A DNA stretch of 10,382 nt, from the NCBI GenBank assembly GCA_030747675.1, contig JASLKH010000073.1, positions 1-10,382 of the forward strand, in the 5' to 3' direction. Positions within the stretch are counted from its first letter, which is position 1. Each line of letters begins with the position of its first letter. This document shows positions 5,556 through 10,382 of the stretch, in pieces. This DNA is from Candidatus Thalassarchaeaceae archaeon (lineage in GTDB: Archaea; Thermoplasmatota; Poseidoniia; Poseidoniales; Thalassarchaeaceae). Both the position numbers and the translations under genes were made by a program. The notes under the pieces were generated by a model. The model had not been told where the DNA came from and made no database searches. It worked only from the letters and a program-made list of their open reading frames with translations.

Positions 5556-8029
5556 AGATGATGCATTGCTTTTAGCGCCCCTTCGAATTCTGTAATTTCA
5601 CTAGGGATTTTAACCCCTGATATCTCTGCTTTCAAACTAAGCCCTGCCTCTTTCTTTGCACGCCAAGTACCTGAGTTGAATTCGCAAAGAGTACTTGTTA
5701 AAGATCGCAAGCGCTCTGCCTCACTGTCGTCATCAATAGATGAAATTGGATATTCATCTACATCTACTGCACTAGTCCCATACAAAGTGTCACTAAGGTG
5801 ATGGCAGAAGAATGGGCAAATAGGGCTGAAAATTGTAAGCAAGTCCCTCACGATTCGATGTATGACCCAGGCCGCATTTAAGTCCCCATCATACAACCTA
5901 GTCTTTGCCATTTCCAACCAGTGGCTTGGCAGAACGTCCGTTCCGAAGTTTTTAATCGCTCTTGCAGCAGTGAATATGTCGATAGATTCCCAAGCATTCT
6001 TGACAGCTGAAAGGACACCAGCGAATTCAGAAAGTACCCAGCGATCTGCGACCTCTAAGTCAGATGGTAGAGTTTCCAAATCATTAGGTGCATCAAACTG
6101 GGAGGCAAATCGAGCCACATTGAAAATTTTAGTTAATACACCGAAATACTTCGCTTCAATTTCTTCAGGATTTATGTGGAAATCATCACCCACCTGGGCA
6201 TCACAGGCTTTCCATAATCGGAAACATTCTGAGCCGATTTTATTGGCCTTGAGCTGCACACTCTTCTCTGGTCCTTTAACGCGCCAGGAACCTGTTCGCC
6301 CACCTGCACCACATTCCAAAACGGAATCAGCATCAATACCATTTCCAAGCGATTTTGACATTTTACGCCCCCATGGATCCATACCTAAACCATCAATCCA
6401 AACATGCTTGAAACCAGGTTTGTCGAACAATAACACACTCTTCAATAGAGTATAGTACAACCATGTCCTTACAATTTCTTTACCCTGTGGCCTGAGTCCT
6501 GTTGGGAATGCTTTCTCGAAGGTATCCATCTGGTTGATGTAACCTGAAACAAAGAGATTTGAATTTGAGGAATCCATCCACGTATCGAAAACTTTCTCCT
6601 CACCAATAATGACTCCTAAATCTTCCTGCATATCCTCCCATGAACCCAAATCATCACGTGTTTCCCTATCCAAAACACGGCTACCTAGTGGTGGCACATC
6701 TTTCCATGGTTGCACATAAGTCCCCGGTGGAGGAACAATTACTCGCGAATTGTCCTCTGAGTACCAAATCGGAATTTCCGTGTGGTACCAACGACGGCGA
6801 CTTATTGGCCAATCGATGCTGATATTTTCCATCCAGTCGAGTAAGAATTGGCGATTTCGAGGTGGGTGAAATTCGATATCATCGATGTGTTCACGCATTC
6901 TCCCTTGGATATGCGTTTGCCTTACATACCACTCTTTTAGCAATATAATTTCGACTGGGTTTTTTCCACGTTCACTAACTGGGACCTCTTGCTCTTTTTC
7001 AACAATTTGTAAAATGGCACCCATTGCTTCTAAATCGGCAATCACTTTTGCTCTCGCATCATTTACCTTTAATCCAGAATATGGGCCTGCAATGGATGTC
7101 ATGCACCCGTCCAAATCAATCGCTTGGAATGGAGATAGTCCTAATTCCCTGAATACAGCAACGTCATTCTGGTCGCCGAATGAACAGACCATTAAAACCC
7201 CTGAACCAAATTCAGATTTCACTGAGGGATGCGTTCGAATTTCAACCGTCGCCTCTCTATTTTCTACTTCTACTGGCAGAACTATTTTTTGACCGACAAG
7301 GTGTCGATATCTATCGTCTTCAGGATGTACCACTACAACGCCACAAGCACAAATTAATTCTGGTCGCGTAGTCGATATGATGACTTCAGCACCACTCTCG
7401 GTATACCATTTTACATCCACTAACTTTGTCATTCGATTGAGTCTTTCAACTTCAGCATCAGCTATTGTCGTGCCTTCCACAGGATCGTAAATATTGGGCC
7501 GTAAATCTTCAACAATTTCTCCTCGACGAAATAAATCAACGAAAATAGCTTGCGTCACTGACCTATAATTTGGTGCATCTGTCAAATATTCCTTAGCAAA
7601 GTCGCAAGATAGACCCACTCTGCGAGCAGTATTGCGCATCGCGACAGTGTATTCCTCGATTGTATCTTTGCACAATTGTAAAAATTCTGCACGGTCATAT
7701 GATTTCATTTTCCGCTTAGTATTTTTTTCCACGGTGAATTCAATATTTATTCCATTCCGGTCAACACCCCATGGGAAGAATACTTCTTTCCCCAAAAGAC
7801 GTTGGCTACGTGCAATGACATCTATCATTGAATATTGTGCAACGGCACCGATGTGCCAAGTCCCACTCGGGTAAGGTGGAGGGGTATCGATAACGAATAC
7901 TTCCTTCCCAGAACCCGGGTTGAAACCATATCGATTATTGTAAAGTGAATCATCAGAATAATGCTCTTCTTGAATTCGTTTTTCAAGGTCAACAGACCAA
8001 CGCTTCTCAGATATTTTTGGTTTTGCCAT
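5549..8029 (-). CDS. valS: Valine--tRNA ligase, archaeal type (826 aa)
   Basis: Start MAKPKISEKRW at 8029 with a GGTGGGA SD 7 nt upstream; the track start at 8119 is an extension. Motifs: DTPPPYPSG..HIGA (HIGH equivalent), editing domain TTRPE and GSGVLMVCSFGD, DTWMDSS, LRPQG..I.RTW, KMSKSLGN, then an anticodon-binding helical domain. The bacterial C-terminal coiled coil is absent. Confidence 0.96.
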   Translation of the reverse strand: MAKPKISEKRWSVDLEKRIQEEHYSDDSLYNNRYGFNPGSGKEVFVIDTPPPYPSGTWHIGAVAQYSMIDVIARSQRLLGKEVFFPWGVDRNGINIEFTVEKNTKRKMKSYDRAEFLQLCKDTIEEYTVAMRNTARRVGLSCDFAKEYLTDAPNYRSVTQAIFVDLFRRGEIVEDLRPNIYDPVEGTTIADAEVERLNRMTKLVDVKWYTESGAEVIISTTRPELICACGVVVVHPEDDRYRHLVGQKIVLPVEVENREATVEIRTHPSVKSEFGSGVLMVCSFGDQNDVAVFRELGLSPFQAIDLDGCMTSIAGPYSGLKVNDARAKVIADLEAMGAILQIVEKEQEVPVSERGKNPVEIILLKEWYVRQTHIQGRMREHIDDIEFHPPRNRQFLLDWMENISIDWPISRRRWYHTEIPIWYSEDNSRVIVPPPGTYVQPWKDVPPLGSRVLDRETRDDLGSWEDMQEDLGVIIGEEKVFDTWMDSSNSNLFVSGYINQMDTFEKAFPTGLRPQGKEIVRTWLYYTLLKSVLLFDKPGFKHVWIDGLGMDPWGRKMSKSLGNGIDADSVLECGAGGRTGSWRVKGPEKSVQLKANKIGSECFRLWKACDAQVGDDFHINPEEIEAKYFGVLTKIFNVARFASQFDAPNDLETLPSDLEVADRWVLSEFAGVLSAVKNAWESIDIFTAARAIKNFGTDVLPSHWLEMAKTRLYDGDLNAAWVIHRIVRDLLTIFSPICPFFCHHLSDTLYGTSAVDVDEYPISSIDDDSEAERLRSLTSTLCEFNSGTWRAKKEAGLSLKAEISGVKIPSEITEFEGALKAMHHLQ

Positions 8030-8036
8030 TCGGTTT

Positions 8037-8065
8037 TCCCACCGGGGCCCTGAAACGGTTAATCG
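8037..8065 (-). promoter_or_regulatory. valS putative SD (GGTGGGA, 8037-8043) and TATA-like element (CGATTAACC, 8057-8065)
   Basis: The SD is complementary to the euryarchaeal anti-SD with a 7 nt spacer. The GATTAA hexamer ends 29 nt before the ATG. Confidence 0.45.
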
Positions 8066-8130
8066 ATACAGGTCCGGCCGAGCGTCGAGGCTTCTAGTTT
8101 TCAAGGCTCCCGTACTCATATTGGCGTGAG

Positions 8131-8171
8131 AGATTAAAGGGCACCTCTAGACACATCGCCCCGGAGGGGCG
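8131..8171 (+). promoter_or_regulatory. Putative TATA-like element (AGATTAAAGG, 8131-8140) and SD (GGAGGGG, 8163-8169) inside a GC hairpin, upstream of the MMPL gene
   Basis: A purine-rich GAGA precedes ATTAAAG (BRE/TATA-like). The SD lies 4 nt before the ATG at 8174. CGCCCC-GGA-GGGGCG at 8157-8171 is a perfect inverted repeat. Confidence 0.45.
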
Positions 8172-8173
8172 TT

Positions 8174-10382
8174 ATGACTAGCACTGATGGAGGGCCGAAA
8201 ACACCCTCTGGTCGCAAGCCTTTGGGCGCCCATGTTGGTGATTTCAAAAATAAAGTCCAGCGCAGCATTGCAGAATTTGAATCCGGGAAGGCCATGGGGA
8301 AAATCCTTTCAGCACCAAAATTAATTCGACGAGAATTGCAAGAAATGTCATTTGTTGGAGCGTTAACTAGATTTCCAGCCTTCACGGTAATCGCTTGTTT
8401 GATTTTGACAACGTTCCTGGCACTCGAATCAGGCATAACTGATCAATATACTGGTGAACGTTCAATGAACGTAAATGGAGACTTAGCTGCCTTCCTACCA
8501 GAAGGGAGTCAAGTTGCGGAAGACATCAAGGAAGTTGAAGCAGATTGGACAACAAATGTAATGATTGTATATGTCGAGTCTAACCAATTCAACATTACTA
8601 ACGTGGATATTTTGAACCAAATGGATGCCATCGAACAGGAATTGAACCGGGTTCCTTCCGATGAAGGTGAAAATGATGGGATCATCTATGTGTTGAGTAT
8701 ATCTTCAGTCATTAAGGAAATCAATTCTAGTGCTCCCCGTGTTGCAAAGGCATTTGCAACGAATTTGGGTACTGCAACAGGACTACCATCGGTCGCTGAA
8801 AATGCAACTGATGTCATCGATGAGTACGGGGGTGTTGTGGGCGGGTATGCGATACCTGAAGAACAAGACAGAGTCGATCAAATCATTGGCGAATTACCAG
8901 ACAACGCTCGAGACAAATTAGTTCGAGATGTAGGGTTGACTGAAAATGGTAAGACTATTGGTGAAAGTGCTGGGTATTGGAATAGAGCAGTGATTATCAT
9001 TGGTGTATCCGACAATGGCATAGGAATTGATGGACAACCAACTACGATTTCTGATTTAATTTCTGACACCCAGGCCCAAATCGATTCCATCGCAGACGAA
9101 AATGGCTGGGATAACCTGAGTTTAACCATGACATTGACAGGCCCTGTTCCCATCACCAATGCTGTTACAGAGTATACTTTCGCCCTATTTTGGAAAATTT
9201 TCCCAGTAGGAGTAGTCGCCGTCGCCCTCGTTCTCTTTACCTTCCATTGTGATGTAATACAGACGGGGAGAATCCGTGTAGTTCAGGGGATAAAGGTGGT
9301 GATCATAGCCGGTTTACCAACACTTTGCTCTGTTTTTGCTACACTGGGTTTGATTGGCCTTACCAATTATGAAGTTACAATGACTGTGATTATTGTAGGC
9401 CCTATCATTCTCGCTCTTGGCGTTTCGTATGGTTTACACATTACAAATCGCTATGCTGAATGCAAAGGCACCCCTAAAGAAAAAATGGCCCTTGCTCTTC
9501 AATCAACTGGTCGTGCCGTTTTTCTTTCTGCGGTCACGACAGTCATCGGTTTCGTATCGCTAATACTGACCCCTATGGCTCCAATCAAGACGGTTGGTGT
9601 TTCATTAGCAGGGGGAATCATCATTGTTTATCTTTACACGATGATGATGGTACCAAATCTCACAATGTTGCTTGATTTGGAAAAGCCTAGCCACCCGCCA
9701 CCGAAAATCTTTGTTGCGGCAGTTAGGGCACCAATTAAGTGGAGTAAAGTTGCCCTTACAGGTTTCATAATTTTGATGCTTTTCAGCGCACTCGTAAGTC
9801 GTACACAAGTAGTCGAAGACGTTGACTTACTGAGCATGGCCCCACAAGATGAGCCCGCCGTATCAAAGATGATTACCTATTCTGAAGAATTTGAAGCAGG
9901 GCAGGTTGGAATGATTTTAGTTAATGCCGATATTGAAGCTGATGCACAATTTTCTAATCAAGAATTTTCGGATCCTTACGATAATTTGGACAAAATTAGA
10001 ATACTTGCTGAAGAAGTGAATGATGTCAATAAAACCACAGCAGTTTCAATTGTGTTCCTGATGAAGTCAATTGGTGCATCTTTTAATTTATCAGGCGACG
10101 AAGTATCTACCCTTCTTTGTGACAATTTACCTGAAGATAGTGTTTTTGAAGAAGTATGTCGGATTTTATTTGACAGGGAATTCAATAACAAGGGTACATT
10201 TTGGGATGTTTTAAGAACACTCGATGCTGGTGACTCAGGAGGTCGTGAGTCACAATCATTCTTGATTTCAGTATTTTATGATAGTTTGACAGACGAAACA
10301 CGACATTTCTTCGTTTCCAAGGATTATCAGAAATCATTGATTTACATTGATATGCCTTTCATGCCAGTAAAAGAAACTGAAA
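8174..10382 (+). CDS. MMPL / RND-superfamily (HAE3-like) transporter, 3'-truncated (736 codons visible)
   Basis: Manual translation is stop-free from ATG 8174 (MTSTDGGPKTPSGRK...) to the edge. TM1 FPAFTVIACLILTTFLAL is followed by a large acidic loop (..LAAFLPEGS..), LTGPVPIT, then five TMs including PIILALGVSYGLHITNRY and TGRAVFLSAVTTVIGFVSL (MMPL signature GxAixxSaxTTxxGFxsL). A second repeat begins at WSKVALTGFIILMLFSAL...DLLSMAPQD. It is absent from the ORF track because it has no stop in the window. Confidence 0.88.
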   Translation, partial: MTSTDGGPKTPSGRKPLGAHVGDFKNKVQRSIAEFESGKAMGKILSAPKLIRRELQEMSFVGALTRFPAFTVIACLILTTFLALESGITDQYTGERSMNVNGDLAAFLPEGSQVAEDIKEVEADWTTNVMIVYVESNQFNITNVDILNQMDAIEQELNRVPSDEGENDGIIYVLSISSVIKEINSSAPRVAKAFATNLGTATGLPSVAENATDVIDEYGGVVGGYAIPEEQDRVDQIIGELPDNARDKLVRDVGLTENGKTIGESAGYWNRAVIIIGVSDNGIGIDGQPTTISDLISDTQAQIDSIADENGWDNLSLTMTLTGPVPITNAVTEYTFALFWKIFPVGVVAVALVLFTFHCDVIQTGRIRVVQGIKVVIIAGLPTLCSVFATLGLIGLTNYEVTMTVIIVGPIILALGVSYGLHITNRYAECKGTPKEKMALALQSTGRAVFLSAVTTVIGFVSLILTPMAPIKTVGVSLAGGIIIVYLYTMMMVPNLTMLLDLEKPSHPPPKIFVAAVRAPIKWSKVALTGFIILMLFSALVSRTQVVEDVDLLSMAPQDEPAVSKMITYSEEFEAGQVGMILVNADIEADAQFSNQEFSDPYDNLDKIRILAEEVNDVNKTTAVSIVFLMKSIGASFNLSGDEVSTLLCDNLPEDSVFEEVCRILFDREFNNKGTFWDVLRTLDAGDSGGRESQSFLISVFYDSLTDETRHFFVSKDYQKSLIYIDMPFMPVKETE

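Noticed and set aside
5862-7874. Plus-strand ORFs inside valS (5862-6455, 6640-6822, 6885-7292, 7180-7371, 7632-7874)
   Set aside because: Antisense shadows of a conserved gene, with no recognisable motifs or RBS and a Ser-rich composition typical of reverse-frame artefacts.
8134-10191. Short track ORFs at 8134-8436, 8730-8921, 8878-9159, 9605-9808, 9634-9837 and 9976-10191
   Set aside because: All overlap the long uninterrupted MMPL frame (8174 to the edge), which explains the region.
1-10382. tRNA, rRNA, CRISPR array, transposase or prophage
   Set aside because: Coding sequence fills nearly the whole window, the spacers are at most 144 nt, and I saw no cloverleaf, periodic repeat, terminal inverted repeat or mobile-element protein motif.

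Overview
A gene-dense window with eight protein-coding genes and no RNA genes, CRISPR arrays or mobile elements that I can support. It is most likely from a marine Thermoplasmatota archaeon (Marine Group II / Ca. Poseidoniales-like). This is inferred from an archaeal-type ValRS, a PCNA-box-like tail on DinB and GGTG(A/G)-type ribosome-binding sites. Left to right: a 3'-truncated unknown polytopic membrane protein (-, missed by the ORF track), a bacterial-type Mn superoxide dismutase (-), then a co-directional run of a SerA-like D-2-hydroxyacid dehydrogenase, DinB/Pol IV, a DFR/HpnA/3beta-HSD-like extended SDR and an SRD5A1/2/DET2-type steroid 5-alpha-reductase homolog (+). Next come valS (-) and a 3'-truncated MMPL/RND (HAE3-like) lipid transporter (+, also missed by the ORF track). 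The most interesting signal is the tightly coupled SDR + 5-alpha-reductase pair in an apparent archaeon. It suggests sterol-to-5-alpha-stanol conversion or polyprenol/dolichol saturation, and it lies near an RND transporter whose TM4 proton-relay Asp is replaced by Ser. All functional assignments come from motif recognition only; no searches were run.
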